64,000 nt of DNA. Source: Geosiphon pyriformis uo1. Lineage: Eukaryota > Fungi > Glomeromycota. The stretch is taken from NCBI GenBank assembly GCA_016748015.1, contig JAAOMT010000151.1, forward strand, positions 248,001 to 312,000. Direction: 5' to 3'. The notes beneath the pieces were generated by a model, which was given only the letters and a program-made list of their open reading frames with translations, did no database searches and was not told the DNA's origin. A program made the translations under genes and the position numbers. Position 1 is the stretch's first letter, and each line of letters opens with the position of its first letter. Below are positions 35,601 to 48,920 of the stretch, one piece after another.

Positions 35601-37237
35601 CCACAAGTAGAGTTTCCTTGATTATTGCGTCATTGTGGAGGCTGATAAATGGCATGATTGTCAGCTAAGTATCCTTCTAATCTCTTATTAATTGTTTCAC
35701 TGAACTTCTCCAATTTGGAATCCAATTCAGATGATCTGTTCATTACTAGATTAATGGCTTGGGCATGGTTGGCCTCTGACTCAGCGAATTCAAAATCTTT
35801 GGCACATGTGACTGTGTCTTGAAGTGTGCCTGAATGCAACAGATGTACATGTTGCAGAATGCTGCTGCGCAGGCCACAGATAAACTGGTTGAGAATCTGT
35901 GGTGCTGTGAAGTAGTTGGCGTTAATTGCTTGAATTTGGTGCAGATTTCGATGGAAGCATCCCAGGTAAGTGGTGACTGCTTCAGTTTCTCCTTGTTTCA
36001 TGGTAGTGAATATGTTGATTAGGCAATTGATGCTGTTATTGTTGCTGAAGTATCTTAGGAATTCCACTTTGAAGACATCGAAATCTTGTGGTTTATTAAT
36101 TAAGCTCTGATACCATGAATTGGCAGTATCCTTGAGAAAGTAGGAAATGGCTTGCATTGCTTAGGCGTCATTCCATCCATTGGCTGTGATGGTCTTTTCT
36201 ACATTATTCAGCCATACTTGAGCATCGTCCTCTTCACTGGTAAAGTTGTCAAGTTTTGCAATTGGTGCATAGGCCATTGAATCTAAGTTGAGTGGTTGTG
36301 GTGGCTGTTGCTGGAATTGTTGAAGAGGTAATGGTTGTTGGGGTGGTACTTGAGATGGTTGAATTGGCTCACCAATAGGCTCAATTGGTGGTTGATTGAT
36401 AATAATAACTGGAAGTAAGTTTTGCTAATAAATTAACTCGGGGTTTTGATTTCTTTGATTTGGTGGGATTCGAATATTTGGAGTTTCGATTTCCAAATTT
36501 TCTAAATGTTGCTAAGTTTGAATGTTCAGGTTTTCTAGGATCAGGTTTTGGTAATTAAATTCCTGATCTTTGTCTTCTTCTTTTTCTGATTCAGTAATTT
36601 CCCAGGGACTGACAGTTCCGAAATCTGGCTGATGAGGCGGTAATTGAAATCCTGATGGTGTTGGTGATCTTGATTTAAATCCTTCAAAATAATTGCCGTA
36701 TGCTCCTAATAGTTTGTTTTTCTTTTGTTTACTCTGAAACATGATTCTTGCTAGCAGCGTCTTTGTACTAGTGGATGTGTCTGCTGATGCAATGTTGATG
36801 GTACTTCCAGGTGTGTGATGGTATGATGGATATATCGGAGATTTGATTCTTTGTTTCTTCTAGTTAAGAATTTGTATTCCTTTGGATGTTACTGCTGGTG
36901 TTTGTAGTTTTCCTTTGCCCTTGTCCTGATAAGTAATAGGGAATGTCTTTTGTGTATATCTTTCAATTTCTTGGTTGATTTCTCTGATGATGAGTGCAAA
37001 GCTGTGATTTCTTGATAAGTTGGTGTGTTGGATTAGTTCCGAATAGAAATTTTCTCTTGCTGATTCAATGTTAACTGGTCTTCCTAGAAAATCAGTGATT
37101 CTTTCATTGACGTAGAAGTTAAAAGCTGATTTTGCTGAGTAATGGTTGTTGTTTAGGCCTAACTGCTGGCTGTACTGTTGAAATAAAGATTTCATGAATC
37201 CTAAATGGTTTGTCCCTATTATTTCTGATTCTGCCAC
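29618..37237 (-). pseudogene. Gypsy B gag-pol polyprotein
   Basis: AYAPIAKLDNFT capsid; CHYCGKQGHIQVNC; LILNSDSAGSII protease; dUTPase; SPWSSPVVLV..CVDYRKLN..LDLNSGY RT; intact 383-aa integrase with WDGPF (GPY/F). Confidence 0.95.
32880..33260 (-). other. dUTPase domain in Gypsy B pol
   Basis: DAGFDL, LASRSSL, GGIIDVRY, KIAQAI, RGIQRFRLT (decayed RGxxGFGST). Confidence 0.88.
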
Positions 37238-37299
37238 TTTTGGTTTGGTGTTGTCGGTACTGGTTCTCTGTAGGATTATACCTTATAGGGAGTACCAAA

Positions 37300-38175
37300 T
37301 GTTACAGGTGATTATTTCTGCTGTTAAATTAAATAACAAATCCATAACTTGGTGCTCAAAAGCTACTTCTGTTGATGATGTCCTATAAGTATTATATCGG
37401 AAGGTTTTGTATCTGAAGGTTTTGATGGAGTCTTTTGTATAATGGACAGAGATTCAATAGTGTCGATAGTAGATGTATCTTTCCAAGAGTTTTCCCAATT
37501 TCTTTCTCAGCGTGATGGCTGGATTTAGTTTGGTAGTCGTGCCCTTCTGGTAAGCTATCCGATAATATATAAAATCCTACCCTTATTTCTGGGTCTTTTA
37601 CCAGGTTATTCTTGACATTAATAACTCAATACTTAATCTCTTAATCAATTAGTATACAACAACAAAATTAAAGAAAAAAATAAAATAAAATAAAATAAAG
37701 AAAATAAAATAAGAAAATAGAGAAAATAAGCCAAGGCAATTTGGTACATTAATATCTTGCCAATAGCCATGATCAAGAGCTATTGTTCCAGCGTGGTTAA
37801 GTATTAATTACTATCAACATGAAGTGTTGATAGTGAAGAGTGGTTTTGAAATATGAAATATTTATTTATTTGATGATTTGTGTTTCTGGGCTAAGGATTC
37901 TGTCATATTAATTCTGTCTTTTTTGTTTCTAACACTATTGCTATATATACATAATTGAGATTCTTCAATTCCTCGATTCTTCATGACAGGAATCTTGTAA
38001 TTCCTATGAGAGGAATCCTGCAATTCTGGAATCCTGCAATTCTTTGTCAGGAAATCCTAAAATTTCTGGAATCTTGCAATTCCTGAGAGGAATCCTGAAA
38101 TTCCACATTTACTATGCCTACTTCTGATTGGCTAATAATCATGCTAATATATTTCCTATATTTCTATGAGTAACA
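37300..38175 (-). repeat. 5' LTR of Gypsy B
   Basis: Direct repeat of 28027-28920. Confidence 0.95.
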
Positions 38176-38179
38176 CTGT

Positions 38180-39071
38180 ATTATATTCGAATCTAACTTT
38201 TCTAGTTGAAATAGATAAAAAGTTTCTTATAGCTGATAGTCTTGTTGTTTTGGGTAATGTTTGTTATTTTATTTATGATGTTTATCATACTGTAAGCCAA
38301 GCTTTATGAGAAGTGAACCCTAGTGCAAATATTTTAGACAGCTTAATTATTTGGTTTATAGATTGGAAGTGTACTGCCTCTATTTGGCATTCAGATTTTT
38401 ACATGTTGGCAGGTTTTACTAATAGAAAGTCAGTCATTCTGCATACTTATCTGATAAAAACTGTTCACAGAAAATTGCTGGTGGCTATTTATAAGAGATT
38501 ATACAACAATGACTACCCAAATATTTTGTGTTTAATGTGTAGTAATATTGAGTTTTCTGACCATGTTTTTACTTGCTCTGTAAATGCTTTAATGCATTCT
38601 AAGATTGTTTTCAGTCATATTGATTTGTGAATATCTTTGGCAGAAAATTGCATTTCAGCTTTGTCTTTAGTGTTGTATATTCTTTCACAAGCCTCTGATG
38701 TTAGTGTATATGCTGTATTATGTAAAAATTTTGTTTTCAAAGATTGGATTAAAAAAGCCATTTCTATTTTTAATAATAGGAAGAGAGCTGTATTAGTTGT
38801 GATTGATTTTGTTTGTCATTTGGCTGATAATTATTAAAGTAGATCATGGTTGCTGAAAGCTAAATTTAGAGTTGACATAGAGAAAAGTGGCTTGGTTTGT
38901 AATACAGATAGGATTTTTGCTTTATTGCATGGTCTGCCTAGCTGACTGTCCAAAAGAGTGGTTCATTTGCTTAGTATTGTTGAATTTTTTGTTGTTAACT
39001 TTGGTTTGCAGAGACATTAATTGTTTTTTTCTGGCTTGGACATTGGTAATAGAGTTATTGTGAATATGTAG
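38180..39071 (+). pseudogene. LINE-2 ORF2, 3' part (CCHC region)
   Basis: IDWK..WHSD..CLMCSNIEFSDHVFTC..LCKNFVFKDW, collinear with the LINE-1 and LINE-3 ORF2 C-termini. Confidence 0.88.
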
Positions 39072-39903
39072 TACTGTCTTAATAGGCCCAAGTAGCTGGT
39101 CACATGTAAAAAGCACATGAGCTATGTTTAGTTTGATTTATTTTGCTTTGTTTCTGTATGCTAAATAGTAATTAGACTGCACTCGTTAATAAATTAAAAA
39201 AAAAAAACAAGAACATAATTTTATTAATCATTTATTTAAAATTTATCTTCATATAAGAACAAATATTATATGCAAAATATTAATTAGTAATTAGAAAAAA
39301 AGTTAGAATGTATTAAATTAATTTATATTGAACTTACTCTTTTTGATTTAGTTTGTTTTTATATACAGTCACTTAATCTCTATTGTATTCTAATTTAGGT
39401 TTGTTAAATCCAAATTTAATATTATTATTATAGACATATTTTTTAATAGACTTGCTAAATTATTACAATATCAAAATTTTTATTCAAAAAAACAAAAATA
39501 AGCAGCAGTTAATAATGTTTTTCATAAAAAAATTTGTCAATATTTTAAAAATTACTATAATACAAAATATAATAATATTATAACTTATTTTAATTATAAA
39601 TATTCAGAACTTTATATTTTTTATTTAATTGTTTTTAAGATAATTAAAAAGCAGATAAAATAATTGAATATTAAAATTAATAAAATCTTAAAAAAATTTA
39701 TTTAATACAAAAGCATTAAATTTTCATTATTAAACCAAGTTTTAAGTTATTAAATAAAATAAGTAATTATAATTATTATTAAATTCAATAATGAACTAAT
39801 TAAAAAAAAGGAAAAAATTTGCCAAATTTGATATACATAAAAATAAAATACAATTTTCAAATAGATAAATTCAAAAATTCAAAAAACAAAACCAGTTACA
39901 TAT

Positions 39904-40750
39904 TATTATTCATAAAAATAGAAATTATAATAAGTAAAAAAAATAGCCAATAAGAAAAAAGTGTAGTAAAAAAAAGAATTCCAGAATTTTTTTGGAAAAT
40001 TTGCAGAATTTCAGAATTTTAAAATTTCTGTCAAAAAAAATTGAAGAATTTTAAAAATTTCATATAACATGAATTATATATATATAACAAAAGTATTAGA
40101 AACAAAAAAAGTAATTAAAAATTGTAGAATAGTAATTAACAATAAGTAATTATTCAATATTTCTCTTTTCAAAAGATAGTTTTTTATAACTTAAAATAAA
40201 ATTATATTTATATTAATAAAAACATCTATTATTATTCAAACTTATGTTTTTATTATTTAATTAAGAAATATTAATCAATTCTACACTATTAATAATTTAT
40301 GTTAATAAAATTTAATACTTAATTATATTAAATTAATAGTTTTTAATTATGGTTATTAATGAGATATTAATTTTTTTTTTTTTTTTTTTATTTTTTTTTA
40401 TTTTTTTTTATTTTTTTTATTTTGTTTCTTGTTATTATTAATTTATTAAAAAATTAAACACTAAATAATTAACATCAAGAATAGTCTGGTAAAAAACCCA
40501 TAAAACAAGAATAAAATAACTTAAGAATAACTTATTAGAAGAGCATAACTGCTAAAATAAACCAGTCATTATGCTAAAGAAAAAAATTCACAAAAAAAAA
40601 CCATTAATTAAATCTTTGTTTATTATACAAAAGACTTAACCAAAATTTTTAAATTCCAAAATTTTTAGAAATTAATATTATTAACAGCTATAGAACACTA
40701 AATTATAGATTTGTTATTTGTTTTAACATTCCAAATAATAATCTGTAATA
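39904..40750 (+). mobile_element. Decayed solo LTR, Gypsy B/C-related
   Basis: Collinear with the reverse complement of the B LTR; decayed termini TATTAT../..TGTAATA; candidate 4-bp TSD ATAT/ATGT. Confidence 0.75.
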
Positions 40751-42299
40751 ATGTTTACTAATTTTATAATAAAACAGAAAGTATACTAATTAAAAGTTTA
40801 TTAGAAAAACAAAAAAATCAAAACTATTATATTTAAATTTAATTTTGTTGATATATATAATACTAATAAAACAAAATTATTTTTTTGTATGAGACCAAAT
40901 TAAACATTTGTAAAATATTGAAATACAAAAAAAATTAATATATTATATTTACTAATTATTAATATTATATATTATTATTATATTAAATTAATTGGGTTTT
41001 TTATAAGATAAATTTCAAATTACAATTTTTTTTGCTATAAATTTAACTAAATTTAACTAAATTTCACAAATTGCAATTTTTAGTAATTGGATATACAAAA
41101 AATTCAAGATATTTTAAAAGAATTAATATTTTTAACTTATTTGTAATTTACAAATTTAATTCTAAAATATAAATATACTTAAATATATGGAAAACATGAC
41201 TCAAATATATAAACAAAGACTTTTAAATTCAAAATTAACATATATTATTTTTGGTTAATAATACAACTTTTTATTATACTCAAATCAGAGAAGATTTATT
41301 TCAATTAATCAATATTATTTTGCACTATTTTTTTCTAAATATTATATTATATTTTTAATTAATAAATGTTAGCATTATTGAATATTTTAAAAATAAATAT
41401 AAATACTTATATTATTAATATTTTTTACATCAATTTGAACAAAAAATTAATATTGAACAGTATAATAATAAAATATATATAGTATTATTATTATTATATA
41501 TTATATAATTTTATTTATTTTTTAAAAATAAATTAAACATAAAATAAGTAATTAATTATGTTGTTTAATTATAATTTCAGATAATATCTGTTATAATTTA
41601 AATTTGTTGACAAAAGATAAATATTTTTTTCTATAATCAAGAATTAAAAATTCAAAAATTCAAAACATTAATTATTATAGATATATTTAACAATTTATTA
41701 TTAAATACATAACAATAGATCAAAATCTCGAAAATTATACTATAACAATTAATAAATTATTGGCAAATAAAAATATTCTTAATAATAATAAAATTGTAAA
41801 TATGATTTTAACTAATACTTAAATTAAAACCAATATAATTAATGATTCAGAAAAAAAATTAAAAAAATTTTTATTTACTATAATTACAATTACAAAAACA
41901 CATAAAGCATTAAAAAAAAGTAATTAAATTTAAAGAACAATTAACAAAAAAAAATTTTAGTATAGAAAACCAAAATTTACTTAAAAAAAATTACATAAAT
42001 ATGAAAAAATTCTAAAAATTCTAAAAAACAGATAATAATTAATCAATATTTTAATAATAATTATTATTATTATAAAACTCTATAATAGAATACCTCTAAA
42101 ATAAAACATAATTTGCATGTTCTAACTGTGTTTTTTTATAGAGATCTGACTGTATATTATAATAATATTAAAAAAAAACATCCAATTTAGTTAAAATTTA
42201 ATTTACCTAATAATTTAAAACTTTTAAGCCATTAATCTATTATCCAAATTAACTTATTATTTAAACAAAAAAAAATTACATGAATTATAATTACTATTA

Positions 42300-42722
42300 T
42301 TAAACTTACTTACTTTACTTATATTACTTTTTTTTCAAAAGCAACAGATGTTAAAAACATAAATCTATGAATTTAATCATATTAGAACAATAGCTCTTAA
42401 TTATGATTATTGAAAAGATATTAACTTTTTTTTTTACTTTATTTTCTTTTCTTTTTTTTATTGTTGTTGTTTTTTGTTAAATTAATTGATTAAAGAATAA
42501 GTGCTGAGATTATGATGTCAAGAATAGCCTGGTAAAAGATGCAAAACTAAAGTATATAATTAACTTATCAAAAGTTGAATAGCTTATCAAAAGGGTGATG
42601 AACACCAGAATAAACTGGTTACCATGCTGAGAAAGTAAGACACCAAGTGTCAGTATTGAAACTCTGTTCTTTATACAAAGAACTCAACTGCGAAAACCTT
42701 TAGATTCACCAAAACCTTCAAT
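42300..42722 (+). mobile_element. Partial LTR (Gypsy B-related) upstream of TRP4, in sense orientation towards the gene
   Basis: 'gatgtcaagaatagcctggtaaaaga', 'accatgctgagaaag', 'tattgaaactctgttctttatacaaa' and 'aaaaccttc' match the reverse complement of 28120-28560. Confidence 0.8.
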
Positions 42723-42729
42723 ATACTCA

Positions 42730-42830
42730 CCTTGACTGGGCTCGTGTCTGGTCACATGTAAAAAGCGCGTGAGTCACATCTAATTTAGGACATTTTATGT
42801 CGTATTGTATTAAATAATTATAAAATTTAC
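42730..42830 (+). promoter_or_regulatory. Orphan LINE 3'UTR copy in the TRP4 upstream region containing a Gcn4/CpcA-type site GTGAGTCAC (42769-42777)
   Basis: CTTGACTGGGCTCGTGTCTGGTCACATGTAAAAAGCGCGTGAGTCACATCTAATTT aligns to the LINE 3'UTRs at 21350, 39078, 53610 and 54040(-). The regulatory role is inferred. Confidence 0.65.
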
Positions 42831-42870
42831 ATTGTCCACTAAAATACGAAAACGTTAAAGATACTTTGCA

Positions 42871-44165
42871 ATGGAACCTTCAAAGATTCAATCAATCATT
42901 AAAACCCTCGTTTTTCAGCCTAAACAATTTTCTACTGATCTTGCTCGACTTGCTATGACAGAGTTGCTGCAAGGACAGGCTACACCTGCCCAAGCGTCAG
43001 CATTTTTGATGGCTTTGAAGCTACAACAAAAAGACTCGAATGCTGAAATTGTTGCCGCTTGCGCAACATCAATGCTCGAGTTGGCCAAGAAGATTGATTT
43101 TAGTTTATATGAAGGGCTCCATGATTCTTTGTTAGACATTGTGGGTACAGGCGGTGATGGTGTTAATACTTTTAATGTCTCTACTACCTCAGGAATTGTG
43201 GCAGCTGGAGCGGGTTGTAAAGTAGCCAAGGTGAGAGAAAAAGGAATTGATGTATCGCAAGTTTTTGAATATCATGTTTGTTCTTTCTCTTAGCTCGAAT
43301 CAATTTAATTCATAGCATGGAAATAGAGCAGCATCTTCTAAAAGTGGTTCTGCTGATATACTAGAAAGTTTCGGTTGTGAAATTACTAATGTAACGCAAG
43401 AACAGGCACCTCAAATTCTCAGTGATTCAAATTTTTGTTTCTTATTTGCTCCAACTTTTCACCCATTATTGAAAAATTTGGCCGGTGTCCGACGGGAAAT
43501 CGGCGTGCCAACCATATTTAATTTGTTAGGACCTTTAATAAATCCTGCGCAGCCAAAACGATTAGTAGTTGGTGTCCATTCTAAAAATCTGGGTTTTTTG
43601 GTAGCTGAAGCATTACGATTGAGAGGGGTTATCAAAGCTATGGTCGTTCATGGGGCCATTGGCTTAGATGAGGTTCGTGGAATATTTTGGCTCTTCATTA
43701 CTCACCTACTTAAAAAAGCTGAAAATTGCTTTACTTAGATAAGTCCCGAAGGCGAAACTTTTGTAAATATTTAATCAAAGCTTTTCTTTTAACTAAAATA
43801 CTATCTTGAAATTAGTCAACGGATTAACTTTTCTTTCAACAATATAGGTTTGGGAATTATCTAACTCCAAGATCACTGAATATAAAATTTCGCCAATCGA
43901 CTTTGGCCTACCAGAATATCCAATAGCCTCTGTTAAAGGCGGATCCCCTGAAGAGAACTCGGAGCTTCTCGAGAAACTTCTCTCTAATGATTACAAAGGG
44001 CCCATCCTGGATTTCGTTCTCATGAATACAGCTGCGGGATTAGTCATAGCTGAACATGCAAAAGACTTTAAAGAAGGAGTATCATTGGCTCGTGAGAGCA
44101 TATCAAGCGGTAGGGCCAAAGCAATCCTCGAAGAATTCAAAAAAGCAACATGTAGAGATTCCTGA
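42871..44165 (+). CDS. TRP4: Anthranilate phosphoribosyltransferase, ~352 aa; exons 42871-43230, 43316-43672, 43739-43762, 43848-44165
   Basis: DIVGTGGDGVNTFNVST, KHGNRAASSKSGSADILE, FLFAPTFHP, RREIGVPTIFNLLGPLINP, GLDE-ISPEG, GGSPEEN. Three phase-0 GT-AG introns give an uninterrupted frame; CpGs retained. Confidence 0.96.
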
Positions 44166-47057
44166 TAGTTAAACCCGTTAGGTATTGCTATTGGGAAGTC
44201 ATTCGTATAATCAAATAAAATTCATGTACAGTCTTTCTCCCAGATAATTATAACAAAGTCTGAAGTAGTTTTTCTTTAATTATATGAAAGTATAATAAAA
44301 TTTTACTTGGAAAAATATAAATTTTCTTATGAAGTATAAAATAACAATTTACAATTAAATTAATGTTAACTTTCACTAATATTTCTGCTTCAATATTATT
44401 ATTTGTTTATTGTTCAAAAACCAATTTTTTGATGAGATTTGAACAATTTACAATGTTAATATTTTTAATTTTATAAATCATTTTTTTATTATTCAATTTA
44501 TTTTTAATTTAAAAATGAAATATAGTGTAAATTTACAATTTTTGTGATTTTGATTTTTAAAATATCAAAAAAAATAAAAATTGAAATAATTTAATTATAA
44601 GATTATTATTTTTACAAAGTTTTAATTAACTATATTAAACATGTTTTATATAAAAAATCATAAACCGAAAATTTGTGACTAATTTAATAATTAATTAAAT
44701 ATAATTTAAATTATATAGTTATAATTAATTAATTAATTAATTACAACATAATACTTATTTGTTATATTTATAGTTTTATTATTAATTTTAATGTTTCAAA
44801 AATACTAAAAAAATTGTAAATATTATCATAAAAAATTGATTATTATTATTATTATTATATTAAAATTTAGATTAAAAAAAATTAAGCCAATATTAATTTA
44901 TTAAAAAATTTATATCAAAGCAAACAAAATTTTGTTTTATTTTTATTAAAAAACATTTAATATTATTTATATAATATTTATAATTAAATTAAATAAAACA
45001 AAACAATTAATTATTAACAGTATATTTAAATTAAACTAAATCTATTAATACTCTTATTATTAAAGCAACAAATAAAAACTTATTTGTTTTTTTGGATGAT
45101 AATTTTAATAAAAATAATATTAAACAAAATATGAATTTTAAAAAATTTTTGGAATATAATCTGATTAATGCTTTATTAGAGTTTATTTTGATTAAATTAT
45201 CTATATAAAACAACTTATAAGACTATTAATTATGTTTTTGTGTTGGTTTTATTGGCCAATATAATGGTTAATTATGGTGTTTTGAAACCATGTAATTTTT
45301 TTAATATTAATTATAAAAAAATATAATATCTGTAAAAGTAAAATTTTTTGAATATTAGATTGACATCTTTATAAAAGCAAATTAATAAGAAAAAATAAAA
45401 ATACAATATTAAAAATACTAGTATTAAGAACTAAATAAATTTTAAGAAATTGTTTTTATTAAAAATGGCTGTTTTTTTAAGTAGTTTTACTAATATTGCT
45501 TATATTAATATTAATATTTTTATTTTTTATTTTTTTTATTTTTTAGTAAATAAATCTAAATATTATTTAGCATAATACATCAAATTAAGTAATTTAAACT
45601 AAATACAAATCATGTGCTTTTTATATATAACTAGATATTTAGACCAATTAAAACAATATTACAAATCTATCTTAACAGAAATATTACAATTAATTCCAAA
45701 AAAAAAAGCACAAAATCTATACAAACCAAAACCAATATTATATATTTTTACAATCTTAAGCAACCTAATAACACTATTAGAAAGCAAAAACTTCAAACCA
45801 TAAATTATTGAAGACACAAAACCATCACAAAAAACCAGACTAGTTTTTGTAAAACTGCTTTATATTTAGATTTTATTAACTATATTTTTTCATAATAAAT
45901 AGCTTTAAAACTATTATTATAAAAGTGTTTTTATTTAGAGATTATACTATAATTAATTTCTTATATAACTTTAGATTAAATAATAATACAAAAAATTATC
46001 TAGTTTTAATATATAAATAAATATATTAATCTTAATAAGTGCTGTTCTTAATTTATATTAGATTTCTATTTAATAGATTACTATTATTTTTTTCTTATTT
46101 TAAGACTTGAAAATTAGCTTAGTGAGTTTTTTTTAACTCTTAACAAGTATTAAATAATTTTTTTAATAAGTATTCTTTTATTTGATTTAATATATTATAT
46201 AATATTTTTGTTAAAATTATTGTTAATAGCTGCTATTATGCTAATTTCCTAAAGAGAATTTCTGTTGTATTTTTATATTTCTATTTGTGTTTTTTCTTAA
46301 GACTTTCATAAAAATACTTTTTTTATTTTGCACTAATATCAAATATCTGTATTTTTTTATTTGTAGTAAAGCAGTATTTTATTATTATAAATTTAAAAAA
46401 AATTAAATAAAAAAAAGTAAAATTTAATAAAATTAGTATTTAAAAATAATTTTGATTAAAGATTATTTTTCTAAAACATAAAAAAATTGGTTTGAATTTT
46501 TAAGTCAATTATTAATTTTGGCCAAAATATTATTATAAGTATATTTTATGTAATTGCATGTAATTAATATTTTTTTAATATGTTCTTAATTTTGTTAAGT
46601 TTAAATTTTATCTGTACTTTGTTGTTGTGTTGAGTATTTTATTGTTTTTATTAATAAAAAATAACAACAGAAATTTGGCAGTTCTCTTTAAAGCTTAAAT
46701 TATAAAAGAAGAAAATCTCTAATTTTACTGATCTTAATATTAGTAAATATTATAATATAAAGTTAAAAAACACACTTTTCAGCTTTTTTTATAATTATAA
46801 TTTAATTTAAAAATTTTTTTGTCTAATTAACTTTTTATCTGTTTATTTGTCTTAGTTAGAAAGTTATTATATATATATATATTTTAAGTTATATATAATT
46901 ATATCTATAAAAAAGTACAAAAAAACTTCTTTCTCTCCTTCGTCCCAAATTCCTGAAAAAGAGTCAAATTTTGAAAAAAGTTTTTTTTCTGTTTTGCATA
47001 CTGTCTTCCACTATTTTACAAGAAACAAACCCTTTTGTTGTTGAACCAGCTGCCATT

Positions 47058-48920
47058 ATGAGTGGGCCTGGAGCTAAGAGAAAGTTAGCTAGAGTCTCAA
47101 CCACTAGTTCAGTTGGTGAAGGTTCAATTCAAAAAATCAGAAAGTCTCTTAGTACTATTAAATCTTCAAGTGTGGATAAGAATCTCAAGGATGGTAGGTC
47201 TGTTTGTGAGGATAGGCAATTTGCTAGCATGGATATGGATGGAGGAATCTCTGATGGTAAAAGCACTTCTGACTCCCAAATGAATACGCCCAATGCGAAG
47301 TGTTTTAATGCTGGTGCAGCTATTGGTTCCTCTATCGGCTCTATTAATTATGGCATGAATGATGAGAAGGAAGTTTCTCTTCCTCTCCGTTTGTCTTTCT
47401 CTTTGGAAAGGGTGTGAGTGGACCCCAAAATTGTTAAGTCTCAGGTGGAAGTCGCTGTAAAGAAATCGTTTGCTTTGGACATCAATCTATCTGCTGTGGA
47501 GGGAAAATCAGCTACGGCCAAAACTCAGGTTATCAAGAAATTGTTTTCAACAATCAATGGTTTTGGGGGGGCCACTACCCCCTCAAAATTTGAAGGGATC
47601 ATTTGATCAACGTTTACTTCATTAGAAAGCATGGAAAAGACCACATCATTGGCCAGGGGAAATAACATCATTGTAAACAGTGATTTTAAGAGACAAGGAA
47701 TACGCTCAGATCGGGCCGTAGTAATCAAGAAAATTCCCATGGACATGCCAAAGGAAATGATCATCACCGCAGTATCTGAGTTTGGAGAAATTAAGTTGAT
47801 CAAAATCCAGTTGATTGGTTTATGACAAAAAGCTGTGGTGGAATTCGCCGAACTGGAACAGGCTGTGTCTTTGGCTGCTAGGTGGTCCTTCCTGATTGGT
47901 AAAGACTCAGTTCATGTGGCTATGGCGGTGGGCAATCGTGAGACTTGGGCATCTAGAGACCAGTTCAGGGCACTTTTGTTTACTTTGCCAGTAGGGACTA
48001 CTGCTCATGATCTTGGGGATCTTCTTGAAGAGACTGGTAAAAAAACTTGTGTCATAAATTGGTCATTGGAGACTGGTAATAGAGTTCACTGTGCTGTTGT
48101 GTGTTTTAATTCTGATGAGGTTCTGGAGTCAGCTTTTTGCATGGAACCGATCCTTGGTGGTATGAAACTTTTATGGACTAGACTGAATTTGGTTTGCTAT
48201 GAATGGTGTGGGAAGTTTGGTCATTCTGCCTTGGAATGTGATGCTGAGGTTGCGTCAGCTTTCAAATCTTCAAAGTTTTTTATAAGGCCTACCAACCCAG
48301 ATACTTGTCTCCAGCTGGCCAAATTGTATGCAAAGAAGAATGTGCTGATCTCTTGTCCTGTTGCCTTTGGTGGCAAATCTTGGACTCAAGTGGTCTCAGT
48401 TGCTTCAGTTTCTCATGGTTTTCATACTGGTTCTGGTTCTGGTTCCCTGCCTTCCAGTGATTTAAGTTCGGGTGGGGTACTCCCCCCTCTACCTGTGGTT
48501 AATCCTCCTTTAAGTGCTCGCTTAGTGCTTCTGGAATGCTCTGTAAAGCTTCTGTCTAAACAAATTTTGAACATTCTTTCTTGTCTTGACAATATTAGTT
48601 CGGCACCCTTGGTGCCTTCCTCTCAATTGGCTTCTTCTGTGGTAGTTTTTCAGTTCTCAACCTCTGTTTCTCTTGTGGTTGCAAACTCTGACTTGGATTT
48701 TGACATGGCGGTTGATGATCTTTTTGTCCAGCCTATTTCTTTCTCTCCAGATGTTACTGGTTCACTATTGGGTCCAAGTAGTTCCAAAGTTCTGACTTCT
48801 AAAGTTGGTGGTCTGGAATTGAAGTTGGTTGCCCTTGACATTTCTGTTGGTTCAATTTTGGCTAAGTTGGATCAGTTATGTGCTGGCTCGAGTTCTTTGG
48901 TTATCTCTTCATCACAATGA
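47058..48920 (+). pseudogene. LINE-3 ORF1 (RRM-like region, CCHC knuckle)
   Basis: In-frame fragments 46971-48920 broken by TGA stops; VIKKIPMD..SEFGEIK; (C>Y)EWCGKFGHSALEC. Confidence 0.88.

Larger units (their letters stand above)
28027..38175 (-). mobile_element. Full-length Ty3/Gypsy LTR retrotransposon B (dUTPase-bearing, with ORF3), defective
   Basis: LTRs 28027-28920 and 37300-38175 (TGTTAC...GTAACA); perfect 4-bp TSD CTGT; PPT 28921-28936; PBS TGGTACTCCC at 37288-37297. Confidence 0.95.
22295..39204 (+). mobile_element. Full-length LINE-2, more decayed, split by Gypsy B at 28026/38176
   Basis: 5' motif at ~22298; ORF1 fragments 22404-24244; ORF2 from the ATGA at 24241; reading frame resumes after the CTGT TSD and ends at TAG 39069-39071; 3'UTR and polyA; TSD AAACAAAAACA (22284-22294) / AAACAAGAACA (39205-39215). 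Confidence 0.9.

Noticed and set aside
42915-43229. Antisense ORF over TRP4 exon 1
   Set aside because: Shadow frame of the real CDS.
44300-46890. Possible further decayed TE (a 'KLDNF'-like Gag trace near 46000, minus)
   Set aside because: Too AT-converted to support a call by eye; needs a nucleotide HMM search. The same applies to 21640-22280, 39216-39900, 40751-42280 and 63020-64000.
46919-46990. HDV-like ribozyme at the LINE 5' end (TCCTTCGT resembles L3)
   Set aside because: Could not build P1/P2/P3/P1.1 pairings or a J4/2 catalytic C consistently across copies.
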